From: Candidatus Eiseniibacteriota bacterium
GTDB taxonomy: Bacteria; Eisenbacteria; RBG-16-71-46
NCBI GenBank assembly: GCA_038231135.1
Contig: JBBRLX010000024.1
Coordinates: 1-64,000 of the forward strand
DNA length: 64,000 nt
Reading direction: 5' to 3'
Positions 1 to 9,812 of the stretch are shown one piece after another. Every line of letters starts with the position of its first letter. Position 1 is the stretch's first letter. Below the pieces are notes generated by a model, which had not been told where the DNA came from, did no database searches, and saw only the letters and a program-made list of their open reading frames with translations. Both the position numbers and the translations under genes were made by a program.

Positions 1-528
1 CTCCGTGAGCTTGGCGAGGCCGAAGTCGAGCACCTTGGCGAAGCCGTCGCTCGTGACCATGATGTTGCCCGGCTTGAGATCGCGGTGGACGATGCCGGCC
101 GCGTGCGCCTTGGCGATACCGTCGGCCGCCTGGGCGAGCCAGCCGATCAGGGTGCGCAGGTCGGCGTGGTCTTCATGGATGAGCGTCGAGAGCGTCTTGC
201 CGCTCACGAGCTCCATCGAGATGAAGTGCACCGGGTTAGAATCCGCGTCGCTTGCCGAACGCACCGTGTCGTGCCCGATCTCGTAGATCGTCACGATGTT
301 GGGATGGCTGAGCGACGACGCCGACTTGGCTTCGAGCACGAAGCGGCGGACGCGCTCCTCGCTGCGCACCAGGTCGGGCGGCAGAATCTTGAGCGCCACG
401 TTGCGGCCGAGCGACCGGTCCTGGGCGAGATACACCTCGCCCATGCCGCCCACCCCCAGCGGTCCGACGATGCGATAGTGGGAGATTTCGTCTTCGGGGT
501 GCAGCGTGCGGGAGGACTTCGCGGCCAT
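1..528 (-). CDS. Hanks-type Ser/Thr protein kinase, N-terminal part (runs off window start)
   Basis: Manual translation of the minus strand from ATG 528 (GGAGA upstream): LGVGGMGEVY, VALKIL, HRDLKPGN, KVLDFGLAK. Absent from the ORF track because the stop lies outside the window. Confidence 0.93.
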   Translation of the reverse strand, partial: MAAKSSRTLHPEDEISHYRIVGPLGVGGMGEVYLAQDRSLGRNVALKILPPDLVRSEERVRRFVLEAKSASSLSHPNIVTIYEIGHDTVRSASDADSNPVHFISMELVSGKTLSTLIHEDHADLRTLIGWLAQAADGIAKAHAAGIVHRDLKPGNIMVTSDGFAKVLDFGLAKLTE

Positions 529-1169
529 TGGTTCTCCGGGGTGCCGGGTCGGATTTCCGCCGCATGCTAGCGCGGTCGTTTCGAGATCACTAGCGAGGAT
601 GCCCAGGCGCTGGAGCCTCAATTGGTCACGAACCGCTGTCGCGCCGTCCCGCGTCGGATCGCGCGACGACGATCGTCGCCAGCAACGTCGCGATCAGCCC
701 ACACCCAGCATTGCGCGACCCCATCGCGTCGCCGAGCGTGCCGCCCAACAGAGTCGGGCGGTTTTCGTGTCCTCATGTCTCTGAAACCCGAGTCCCTAAA
801 TGTGCTGCACGCGTGTGCAGTGCGTCAGGCGCGGGTTTCCCCGGGTAAACTGGGGTGTCCACGGCGGGTCGCCGCCGGAACCGCGGTGGTCGCCATGGCA
901 GCCGCCCGCGCCATCACCCAAGTCACATCGATTCGCGGTTGGGCGTGGATTCGCAAGCGGTTCCGATGAACTCGCGCAGTTCGCCACGGCGTGGTCCGTC
1001 GATTGCGATGATGCTCCTGCGAGATCGACGTTGATCTCGCCACGACAAGACAGGGGGCGGCGGACCGGTTTCGCGGAGGTTGATCGCAATCGGGGGCCGG
1101 TTGGCCGAAGTGATTCCACCTCCGCCACCTTGTCGGTCGGGGACGCGAGCGTAGTACTGTCTGCGTTTC

Positions 1170-2135
1170 ATGCGATCATCGCTCGCGTCCCTCGAAACGA
1201 TTCCGAACGCCTCACCCCCCGCGGACCGCCGGCGCCCCGCTCTGCTGTTGCCGGCGCTGGCGCTCAACCTGCTCCTGTCGAGCGGCACGTTCCTCGTCGC
1301 CCGCCGCACCCTGACCGAGTTCCCGGCGCTGCCGCTCTCCATGTTGCGATTCGTGCTCGCCGCCGGCGCATTGTGGCCGCTGACGCGCTGGCTGCAGCCC
1401 AACGTGCGCATCCGGCGCCAGGATCGCGGCCGCATCCTGCTGCTCGGAATCCTCGCCGTCCCGCTCAACCAGTGTCTGTTCCTGGTCGGCATGCAGTGGG
1501 CGAGCGCCTCGCACGCGGCGCTGCTCTACGCGCTCACGCCCGCGTTCGTGCTGCTGTTCGGGCTTGGCGCCGACGTGCGGCCGGGATGGTTGGTGCTCGC
1601 GGGGGTGGCGCTGGCGTTCGCGGGGGTGCTGACGCTGCTGCTCCAGCGTGGCCTGCACTTCGATCCGCATTCGGTGCGCGGTGATCTCGTGATCTTCGCG
1701 GCCGTCATCGCGTGGTCGCTCTACTTGGTGCTCGGCCGCGACGTCACCCGGCGCTATGGCCCGCTGGTGGTCACCTCCGAAGCGCTGCTCGCGGGCACGC
1801 TGGTGTTCCTCCCGCTCGGGCTCTGGTCGCTGCGCGACTTCCATCCGGGGCGGATCTCGCTGCCCGCCTGGAGCGGACTGTTCTATCTCGCGTGGCTGAC
1901 CTCGGGCGTCAATTACGTGATCTGGTTCTGGGGGCTCCAGTATCTGAAGCCGGCATCGGTCGCCCTGCTGACGAACCTCCAGCCGCTGGTGACGGTCGCG
2001 ATGGCGTGGATGTTCCTCGGCGAATCCCTGCCCGCGGGATTCGTGGTGTCGACGCTGCTGGTGCTCGCGGGCGTATGGCTATCGCAGCACGGCGTGATGC
2101 GGGCGGCGCGGCAGCGGCCCGCGGAGCCGGCATGA
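1170..2135 (+). CDS. EamA/DMT family transporter
   Basis: About 10 hydrophobic helices in two EamA-like halves (LSMLRF, ASHAALLYALTP, LTNLQPLVT); start uncertain. Confidence 0.88.
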   Translation: MRSSLASLETIPNASPPADRRRPALLLPALALNLLLSSGTFLVARRTLTEFPALPLSMLRFVLAAGALWPLTRWLQPNVRIRRQDRGRILLLGILAVPLNQCLFLVGMQWASASHAALLYALTPAFVLLFGLGADVRPGWLVLAGVALAFAGVLTLLLQRGLHFDPHSVRGDLVIFAAVIAWSLYLVLGRDVTRRYGPLVVTSEALLAGTLVFLPLGLWSLRDFHPGRISLPAWSGLFYLAWLTSGVNYVIWFWGLQYLKPASVALLTNLQPLVTVAMAWMFLGESLPAGFVVSTLLVLAGVWLSQHGVMRAARQRPAEPA

Positions 2136-2172
2136 CGCCCGCTCCCCGGCCGGAACGGCCAGCCGGCCCGGC

Positions 2173-2988
2173 ATGACGTCCGCTCGCCGCTCGCCGCTCG
2201 GCGCGGTCCCCGAACCCGAGATCGCCGACCGCACGGCGCTGCCCTATCTGGTCGAGCACTGGTATCTCGGCTCGCCCGTCCGGCGCCACATGATCGTGCG
2301 GCGGATTCGTGAAGTGTTCGAGCATTCGGGGTTCCGGCCCGGCGGCCGGTTGCTCGATCTGGGTCCGGGCTGGGCGTTCGGTCCTTACTGGGCCGCCCAT
2401 GCGGGGGCGCGGGTGACCGGCATCGATCTGGGCCTCGACCAGTTGCAGTGGGCGCAGCGCAGCCTCAACCGCGACCGGCGGTTCGCGCTGGTGCAGGGCA
2501 ATGCGGGCGCGCTGCCGTTTCCCGACCGGACGTTCGACGCCGTGGCGTCGGTGGAGATGATGGAACACGTGTTCCGCCCCGACCGCCCCCGGGTGCTCGC
2601 CGAGGCGGCGCGCGTGCTCAAGCCCGGCGGCACGATCGCGATGTCGACGCCGAACGCCCATTCGCCGATCGAGCTGGCGAAGGTGCTGCTCACGCACTGG
2701 CCCGCGCTCCGGCGAATGCTGCCGTCCTCGTGCTATCCCGAGGCCGCGGACGACCGCGGCACGTACCATCCCTACCGCTATCATCATCCGATCACCGAGC
2801 GCGACCTCACGGACGGGCTCACGGCGGCGGGTTTCCAGGTGATGGGCGTGCGGCGTTTCATGTGGGTGTTCAAGACGCTGCCGCCCGCACTGCTGCCGGC
2901 GGGGCGCGGGCTCGAACGGCTGGCCGAGGCGTTGCCGCTGGTGCGGCGGCTCGGCGCCACCACGCTGGTGTGGGGAGTGCGCCGATGA
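2173..2988 (+). CDS. Class I SAM-dependent methyltransferase
   Basis: LLDLGPG, VTGIDL, ALPFPDRTFDAV, RVLKPGG. Confidence 0.88.
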   Translation: MTSARRSPLGAVPEPEIADRTALPYLVEHWYLGSPVRRHMIVRRIREVFEHSGFRPGGRLLDLGPGWAFGPYWAAHAGARVTGIDLGLDQLQWAQRSLNRDRRFALVQGNAGALPFPDRTFDAVASVEMMEHVFRPDRPRVLAEAARVLKPGGTIAMSTPNAHSPIELAKVLLTHWPALRRMLPSSCYPEAADDRGTYHPYRYHHPITERDLTDGLTAAGFQVMGVRRFMWVFKTLPPALLPAGRGLERLAEALPLVRRLGATTLVWGVRR

Positions 2989-4385
2989 TCCCGGTGCAGA
3001 TGTCGTGGACGCCGCACCCCTATCGCGGCGCGTTCGCGATCGTTGACGACACCGACGGCGCCACGCTCGAATCGGTGCGGCTCGTCTACGACTTCCTGGC
3101 TGCGGCGGGACTCCGCACCACGAAGACGGTGTGGGCGTTCGCGCCCGACTCACGCTGCGGCCGGCCGCCGCTGCCGGACTCGGCATTGCGCGGGGTCACG
3201 CTGGACGAGGCGGCGTATCGCGACTATTGCGCCGGCCTCGCGCGGCAGGGGTTCGAGCTGGCGCTCCATGGGGCCTCGGCGGGCAACAACTCCCGGGCCC
3301 GCACGGTCGCCGCGTTCGACCGGCTGGAGCGCGAGCTGGGCGTGCGCAGTCCCGTCTACCTGAGCCATGCGAAGAACGTCGAGAACCTGTACTGGCAGCA
3401 GCGGGCGATCGCCGGAGGCCCGCTGCGGTCGCTGATGAACGTGCTCGCCGCCGGGCACCAGTGCTCGGGGGAGGATCCTGGCAGCCGGTACTTCTGGGGC
3501 GACGTGTGCCGCGAGCGGGTGCAGTTCCTGCGGCTGTTCCGCACCCCGCGCATCAACACGCTCGGGGTGAATCCGTCGATGCCGTATTTCGAGACCGCGA
3601 AACCCTACGTGCGCGGCTGGTTCACGATCACCGACCGCAGGCTCGAGGAATGCACCAGTCCCGAGGCGCTCGCGATGCTGTCGCACGAGAACGGGCTGTG
3701 TCTCACCCGGCAGCACCTGAGCCGGTTCGCCGAGCCCGGCCCGCGCGGCGTGACCGTGGAATTCGAACAGGCGATGCGCCGGCTGCGCGGAGCCCCCGAC
3801 GTGTGGAGCGCAACCGCGGGCGCGGTGCTCGAGCGGCTCAGCCTGCTGCAGGGCGTCGTGCTGGCCTACCGCGATTCGAACCTGTGGATCGTGAACCTGA
3901 ACGACGCCCCGGTCGATGGCCTGCAGCTCGTGATGGGCGAGCGACCGCGCCCGCAGCCGCAGTCCCGGTCGGTCGGGCTCGCCTACCACGACGGCGTCAC
4001 CGTGATCGACCGCCTGCCGCCACGATCGATCGTCTATCTCGATTGCAGCGCACCCCTGTTCATCGCCGACCGCAACGCCGTGGAGCTCGACGCCGCGCTC
4101 CATGGGGAATGGCGGTTCGGACACGGTACCTGCCGCCTCAACTTCGGGCATTCGCCGTGGCATGTCGCGGGCCGCACGGTGGCGGCGGCCGCGTTCGAGC
4201 TGGAATTCACGGGGGGCGCGGGCGACGTCCACGCGATGTCGCGCGCATCGGACGCCGAGCTCACCCGGCTGTTCTTCGGACACGCGGCGCTCGTCGTGCG
4301 CCGGATCGCGCGCGAGGGGGAATCGCTCGACCTCCATCGTGGCGCCAAACGCTCACGCTTCGAGCTCGCGGAGTCCCGCCCATGA
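2985..4385 (+). CDS. Hypothetical protein with polysaccharide-deacetylase-like N-terminal barrel
   Basis: ATGA overlaps on both sides; FAIVDDTD acidic motif and GFELALHG resemble CE4/NodB-type motifs. Confidence 0.55.
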   Translation: MIPVQMSWTPHPYRGAFAIVDDTDGATLESVRLVYDFLAAAGLRTTKTVWAFAPDSRCGRPPLPDSALRGVTLDEAAYRDYCAGLARQGFELALHGASAGNNSRARTVAAFDRLERELGVRSPVYLSHAKNVENLYWQQRAIAGGPLRSLMNVLAAGHQCSGEDPGSRYFWGDVCRERVQFLRLFRTPRINTLGVNPSMPYFETAKPYVRGWFTITDRRLEECTSPEALAMLSHENGLCLTRQHLSRFAEPGPRGVTVEFEQAMRRLRGAPDVWSATAGAVLERLSLLQGVVLAYRDSNLWIVNLNDAPVDGLQLVMGERPRPQPQSRSVGLAYHDGVTVIDRLPPRSIVYLDCSAPLFIADRNAVELDAALHGEWRFGHGTCRLNFGHSPWHVAGRTVAAAAFELEFTGGAGDVHAMSRASDAELTRLFFGHAALVVRRIAREGESLDLHRGAKRSRFELAESRP

Positions 4386-5704
4386 CCGAACCGCCGAATC
4401 CACTGCCGGGCGCTCCGACTCCCGCCGGCGCACCGATCTCCGCCGCGGGCGCTCCGGTCGATGCGGGTGACGCCCCCGGTCCTGCGACCGGCGCACCGGC
4501 TGCCGGAGCCACCCCCCGCGGGCGGGCCGCGGCGCTCGTGGCGCTGGTGCTCGCGCTGGCGGGCGCGGGGGTGGCCGCGTTCCTGGTGCGCGAGCATCTG
4601 GCCGTCACGCAGGGCGATCTGGCGCGCGGCTTGTTCTGCGGCGGATCGGGGCAGTTCGACTGCGGCCGGGTCGCGGCGGACCCGTCGTCGTGGCTGCTCG
4701 GGATGCCCGTCGCGTTCTGGGGGCTGGCGTTCTACTTCGTTACGCTCGGGCTCGCGCTGGGAGCGCTGGTGCTGCGGCCCGCCGAGCGCGCGGCGGCCGC
4801 GTCGCTGGGGACGCTGCTCGCGCTGACCGCGGTGATCTTCGATGCGTGGCTCGCGTGGGTGATGGTGACCCAGATCGGCTCGATCTGCCTCAACTGTGTC
4901 GCCACCTACGCCATCAATCTGCTGCTGCTCGTGGCGTTCTGGCGGCTCGAGCAACGCATCGGCGCGCCGCCCGATCTCAAGGCGCTCGCCCTCGCGTGGC
5001 GTTCGCCCGCTAAGATCGCGATCGCGCTGGGCGTGGCCGGGGCGATCGCGGCCGCGACGGTGTGGGTGTGGCGGCCGCTCGCCGAGACGCGACAGTTCGC
5101 GCGCGAGGAGACGCTCGAGTTCCTCGACAAGACCACGCGCCCGCCGGAGATCGACATGGCGCGCTTCGCCGGGCTGCCGTCGCGCGGCCCCGACTCAGCG
5201 CCCGTGACGATCGTCGTGGCGGGCGATTTCCAGTGCCATTACTGCCGCGCGCTGTCGGCAAACGTCGAGCGCCTGCGGCGCGAGCTGCCGGGCAGGATCC
5301 GCGTGGTGTTCCTCCAGTCGCCGGTGAGCTCGCTGTGCAATCCCGGCATCAAGGAGAACGTGCACGAGGACGCGTGCTGGCTCGCCGAGGTCGGCGAGGC
5401 CGCGGCGATGCAGGGCCGGTTCTGGGAGTACCATGATTTCCTGTATCACCATCTGTCGCAGCCGCAGGTGACCCGCGCGAACGTCGAGCCGCGGCTGGCC
5501 GAGATCGGTCTCGACCCGGCGCGCGTCAAGGCGGCGCTCGCGGACGGCAGCGCGCGCGCGCGGCTGGGCCGCGAGGTCGGGCTGGCGAACCAGCTCAAGC
5601 TGATCGAGGTGCCGTCGATCGTGATCAACGGCCATGCGCGGCGCGCCGGGGTCTATCCCGACATGCTGCGCAGCGTGGTGCACGTGATGCTCGCCAGACT
5701 GTAG
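4382..5704 (+). CDS. VKOR (vitamin K epoxide reductase family)-DsbA/thioredoxin fusion
   Basis: Loop cysteines FCGGSGQFDC, TM helices, ICLNC redox motif; C-terminal GPDSAPVTIV..DFQCHYC and VPSIVING. Confidence 0.9.
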   Translation: MTEPPNPLPGAPTPAGAPISAAGAPVDAGDAPGPATGAPAAGATPRGRAAALVALVLALAGAGVAAFLVREHLAVTQGDLARGLFCGGSGQFDCGRVAADPSSWLLGMPVAFWGLAFYFVTLGLALGALVLRPAERAAAASLGTLLALTAVIFDAWLAWVMVTQIGSICLNCVATYAINLLLLVAFWRLEQRIGAPPDLKALALAWRSPAKIAIALGVAGAIAAATVWVWRPLAETRQFAREETLEFLDKTTRPPEIDMARFAGLPSRGPDSAPVTIVVAGDFQCHYCRALSANVERLRRELPGRIRVVFLQSPVSSLCNPGIKENVHEDACWLAEVGEAAAMQGRFWEYHDFLYHHLSQPQVTRANVEPRLAEIGLDPARVKAALADGSARARLGREVGLANQLKLIEVPSIVINGHARRAGVYPDMLRSVVHVMLARL

Positions 5705-5717
5705 ACTCGCGGCCTCC

Positions 5718-6656
5718 ATGGCACTCTCCACTGTCCCGATGGCCCCGCCCGCGCGGCTGCGCGCCTATGCGTCGTTCGTGCGGTTCGAGCACACGCTGTT
5801 CTCGCTGCCGCTGATCCTCGCCGGTGTGTTCAGCGCGCCCGGCCGCGCGGTCACCGGCCGGCGCTGGGCGCTCGTCGCGATCGCGGCGGTCGGCGCCCGC
5901 ACCGCGGCCATGGCGCTCAACCGGCTCGTCGACCGCCGGCTCGACGCGCTGAACCCGCGCACCCGCGTGCGCGAACTGCCGTCAGGCACGATGCGGCTCG
6001 GCGAGGCGGTGGCGCTGCTGGCGGTGAGCGCCGCGGCCTACCTCGCGGCGTGTGCCGCGCTCGGGCCCTGGTACCTGAAGGTGGCGCCGATTCCGCTCGC
6101 CGTGTTCGCGCTCTATCCCTACCTCAAGCGCTGGACCCCGCTGTGCCACTTCGGCGTGGGCGTAGCACTCGCGCTGGCGCCGCTCGCGGGATACGCGGCC
6201 GCGCATCCCGGGCTCGAGCATCCCGGCGCGGCACTGTGGCTCGCGGCGTTCGCGTGGCTGTGGGTGAGCGGCTTCGACATCATTTACGCGACGCTCGACG
6301 AAACGTTCGATCGCGCCCATGGCGTCCACTCGATGGTCGCATGGCTCGGCCGCCGCCGCGCGCTCCGGGTGTCGGCGGTGCTACACGTGCTGGCGTTCGC
6401 CTCCCTCGCGGGCGGGGTGCTGTCGGTGCTGCTCCGCCAGATTCTGCCCGATCCGGCGGCGCGCGGCGCATTCGCCTGGGGCCTCGCGGGGGCGGCTGCG
6501 CTCGTCAGCGTGCTGCTCGCCGTGGCGGGCATGCTGCTGTGGCTCGAGCAGCGCTGGGCCGAGGACGTCGATCTCGCGTTCTTCAAGGTCAACGTGTGGG
6601 TGGGGTTCGTCGTGCTGGCCGCGGTGCTCGCCGCGCGCCTCGCGGGGGGGTTCTGA
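5718..6656 (+). CDS. mqnP: UbiA-like prenyltransferase of the futalosine pathway (MqnP-type)
   Basis: RFEHTLFSLP, NRLVDRRLDALNPRT..RELP, YPYLKR, GFDIIYA; followed by ubiX/ubiD. Confidence 0.85.
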   Translation: MALSTVPMAPPARLRAYASFVRFEHTLFSLPLILAGVFSAPGRAVTGRRWALVAIAAVGARTAAMALNRLVDRRLDALNPRTRVRELPSGTMRLGEAVALLAVSAAAYLAACAALGPWYLKVAPIPLAVFALYPYLKRWTPLCHFGVGVALALAPLAGYAAAHPGLEHPGAALWLAAFAWLWVSGFDIIYATLDETFDRAHGVHSMVAWLGRRRALRVSAVLHVLAFASLAGGVLSVLLRQILPDPAARGAFAWGLAGAAALVSVLLAVAGMLLWLEQRWAEDVDLAFFKVNVWVGFVVLAAVLAARLAGGF

Positions 6657-7210
6657 TGGCCCGCTACCTGATCGGCATGACCGGCGCCTCGGGCGCCGCG
6701 TTCGGCGTCGAGTTCGTGAAGCGCTGCCCCGGCGAGAAGTTTCTCGTGATCTCCGACTGGGCGCGGCACGTGCTGCAGAGCGAGACCGGCCTCAAGCCCT
6801 CGGACCTCGAACCCCACGTGAAGCGGGTGTTCGCGGACGCCGATCTCGCCGCGCCGTTCGCGTCGGGCTCCAACCGGTTCGACGCGTTCGTGATCGTGCC
6901 GTGCAGCGTGTCCACGCTGGCGAAGATCGCGGTTGGCATCGCCGACACCCTCGTCACGCGCGCCGCGGCCGTGGCGCTCAAGGAGCGCATGCGGCTGGTG
7001 CTGTGCGTGCGCGAGACTCCGCTGTCGACGATCGCGCTCGCCAACATGCACACGCTGTCGCGCGAGGGCGTGGTGATCATGCCGGTGTCGCCGCCCTGGT
7101 ATGGCGGCCCGCAAACGGTGGACGACGTGATCGCGGCGTTCACCGACAAGTTGCTGGGCGTGCTGGGCGAGCCCGCGGGCGACGGCTGGCGCGAGGGCGA
7201 GCTGGAGTGA
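6656..7210 (+). CDS. ubiX: Flavin prenyltransferase UbiX
   Basis: TGATG overlap; IGMTGASG, APFASGS, VPCS..TLAKIA, LKER, VRETPL. Confidence 0.93.
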   Translation: MARYLIGMTGASGAAFGVEFVKRCPGEKFLVISDWARHVLQSETGLKPSDLEPHVKRVFADADLAAPFASGSNRFDAFVIVPCSVSTLAKIAVGIADTLVTRAAAVALKERMRLVLCVRETPLSTIALANMHTLSREGVVIMPVSPPWYGGPQTVDDVIAAFTDKLLGVLGEPAGDGWREGELE

Positions 7211-8985
7211 CCGGCGCCCGCTCGCTGTCGGCGTTCCTCCAGGAGCTGGAACGTCGCGGCGATCTCAAGCGCGTCACCCGCGAGGTCGACTGGCGCTACG
7301 AGGTCACCGAGATCGCGTGCCGCGAGGCCAAAGCCGAGGGCCCGGCGCTGCTGTTCGAGCGCGTGCGCGGCTCGCGGTTTCCGCTGGCCGTGAACGTGCT
7401 CGCCGCGCGGCGCCGCATCGAATGGGCGCTCGGCCGTACGCCGGCCGCGGTGGGCGCCGAGTTGGAGAGCCTGCTGCACGCCGTGCCGCCGCGCCGGCTC
7501 GCGGACCTGTGGAAGCTGCGCGGCAGCGGGGGCCGCGTGCTGGCGATGCGACCCGCGCGCACCGGCGCCGCGCCCTCCCAGGCCGAGTCCATGGGCGCTG
7601 ATCTCGAACCGCTGCCGATCCTAAAGCTTTGGCCCGGCGACGGCGGCCGGTTCGTGACGTTCCCGCTGGTGCTCACCGAGCATCCCGTTACGCACACGCG
7701 CAACCTCGGAATCTACCGGATCCACGTGTACGACCGCTCGACCACCGGCATGCACTGGCAGATCGGCAAGGGCGGCGGGTTCCACTATCACGCCGCCGAG
7801 CAGCGCGGCCACGGCCTCGAAGTCGCGCTGCACGTCGGCGCCGATCCGGCCACGCTGCTCGCGGCCGTGGCGCCGCTGCCCGAGGGCATCGACGAGCTGG
7901 CGTTCGCCGGGTTCCTGCGCGGCTCGCCCACGCGGCTCGCGCGCGGGCGCACGATCGCGATGGACGTGCTGGCCGACGCCGAGTTCGTGATCGAAGGCGA
8001 GGTGCCCGCGCACGAGCGGCGGCAGGAAGGTCCGTTCGGCGATCACTTCGGGCACTACTCGCACGCGGCGCCGTTCCCGGTGTTCCACGTGCGCGACATC
8101 ACCCATCGCCGCCGGCCCGTGTTCCAGGCCAGCGTCGTCGGCAAGCCGCCCCAGGAGGACAAGTTCATGGGCGAGGCTGTGCAGGACATGTTCACCGGGG
8201 TGCTCAAGGTGATCCATCCCGAGATCGTCGATCTGTGGGCGTACTTCGAAGCCGGGTTCCACAACCTGCTCGTGGTGGCAGTCCAGAACCGGTTCGCCCG
8301 CGAGGCGAAGAAGACCGCGCTCGGGCTCTTGGGCACCGGCCAGTTGTCGCTGACCAAGGCGATCGTGCTCGTCGACCCCGACGTGAATCCCCGCGACCGC
8401 GCCGCGGTGTTCCACGCGATCGCCGCGAACTTCGATCCCGCCGAGGACTTCATGCTGATCCCGGGCGTGCCGCTCGACACGCTCGACTTCACGAGCTACA
8501 CCATGAACCTCGGCAGCAAGATGGTGCTCGACGCGCAGCGCCGTGACGCCGCCGATCCGGCGGGGCCGGGGGCGGCCGCCGCCGCCGTGCCCCTGTCGGT
8601 GCCCGACCCGCGCGCGTTCGAGTCCGGCGTGCTCACGCACCGCCTGGCATGGGGCGCGATGCTGGTGGTGCAGACCCGTGACGACGGGCGCGCGCTCGTC
8701 GAGCGGCTGATCCGGCGGCCCGAGTACGCCGGCGTACGGTTGATCGTCGCCGTCAGTCCCGACGTGCCGCTCGAAAACGATGAACTCCTGCTCTGGGGGG
8801 TCTTCACGCGATTCGACTGCGCGCGCGACATCGTGGCCGCGGCGACCGAGTCGCGCGGCGCCTGGGTCGCGGTGCGCGGCCCGCTGGGCATCGATGCGAC
8901 GTGGAAGACGGGTTACCCCGAGCCGGTCGAGAATCTGCCGGAGGTGATTCGGGCGGTCGATGGGTGGTGGGCGGATGGAGACTGA
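7207..8985 (+). CDS. ubiD: UbiD-family prFMN-dependent decarboxylase (menaquinone MqnL-type)
   Basis: GTGA overlap; WPGDGGRF, RNLGIYR, GMHWQ, EGPFGDHFGHY, VGKPPQED, GIDATWK. Confidence 0.93.
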   Translation: MTGARSLSAFLQELERRGDLKRVTREVDWRYEVTEIACREAKAEGPALLFERVRGSRFPLAVNVLAARRRIEWALGRTPAAVGAELESLLHAVPPRRLADLWKLRGSGGRVLAMRPARTGAAPSQAESMGADLEPLPILKLWPGDGGRFVTFPLVLTEHPVTHTRNLGIYRIHVYDRSTTGMHWQIGKGGGFHYHAAEQRGHGLEVALHVGADPATLLAAVAPLPEGIDELAFAGFLRGSPTRLARGRTIAMDVLADAEFVIEGEVPAHERRQEGPFGDHFGHYSHAAPFPVFHVRDITHRRRPVFQASVVGKPPQEDKFMGEAVQDMFTGVLKVIHPEIVDLWAYFEAGFHNLLVVAVQNRFAREAKKTALGLLGTGQLSLTKAIVLVDPDVNPRDRAAVFHAIAANFDPAEDFMLIPGVPLDTLDFTSYTMNLGSKMVLDAQRRDAADPAGPGAAAAAVPLSVPDPRAFESGVLTHRLAWGAMLVVQTRDDGRALVERLIRRPEYAGVRLIVAVSPDVPLENDELLLWGVFTRFDCARDIVAAATESRGAWVAVRGPLGIDATWKTGYPEPVENLPEVIRAVDGWWADGD

Positions 8986-9155
8986 AGCATTCCGCGCGTT
9001 GAGAACAAGAGGGCCAACTCGTCGGAGCGAACGTCCCGCTTCCTGAATTTCGAGACAAAGTGGCCATCATGGTCTTGGTAGAGTCGGCAGCTCGCACGGT
9101 AGGTGTGTCGTGGCCCTCGAGGTCGACGCCGCTCCGTTCCTTCATGACGGAATTC

Positions 9156-9602
9156 TCACACCTTCAGGTAATGACGAGGATCCTTCTTCAGCTTCGCGAC
9201 GCAGTGGTCACAGCAGGTCACGTACTCGTTGCCAGCGATGCGCACATGCGGGCGGTTCGCGTCGACGGCGAACACCACACCGCTGACGGGGCACCGGGTG
9301 AGCTTCCCTGGCTGCGCCCCCGGCTGCGCCAGCACATTCCTGGCGTTGTACTTGAGCTTCGTGGCACATGAAAAACGGCACATGCCGGACATGGCGGGAT
9401 CAAAGTGCCCGGTGAGATTCCCTCGCGGGGCTACGGATGCAGCGGCGGCGGAGGGCGAGCTGCACGAGCTGGCACAAGAGCTCGCCGTCGCGGCACTCAC
9501 GGGAGACTTGCAGGACGTGCTGCTTTGGTTTGACGCGAACACCGTATAGCCACCTGTGGCGAGGAGCGCCAGGACGACGATCCCAAGAACGAACTTCCGC
9601 AT
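9156..9602 (-). CDS. Small exported Cys-rich protein with YHS/TRASH-like metal-binding domain
   Basis: GGAGG SD before ATG 9602; signal peptide MRKFVLGIVVLALLA; CPVSG...YVTCCDHC..KLKKDPRHYL. Confidence 0.8.
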   Translation of the reverse strand: MRKFVLGIVVLALLATGGYTVFASNQSSTSCKSPVSAATASSCASSCSSPSAAAASVAPRGNLTGHFDPAMSGMCRFSCATKLKYNARNVLAQPGAQPGKLTRCPVSGVVFAVDANRPHVRIAGNEYVTCCDHCVAKLKKDPRHYLKV

Positions 9603-9812
9603 TTCAGACCTCCTGGACGGGTGGTCCTGGCTGCCATGCAGATGCCTTCTGCGATGCGCGCCCCACATCCCCCCGGGGGGATAGAGTCGAGTTTTCGGCC
9701 GAGACATGCAAGGGCTAGAGCTCGCACACGGAAACTTCCCACGATTGCCAGAGCGGGGCATTTCCACCCCCCCGACTGGTGCCGCCCCCACCCCGGGCAT
9801 TACCTTCGCCCC

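Noticed and set aside
8912..9158. Open frame continuing about 80 codons past the TGA of the YHS-like gene (possible readthrough or selenocysteine)
   Set aside because: The TGA falls at the natural domain end, not at a Cys position; no SECIS-like hairpin recognised; the extension overlaps ubiD
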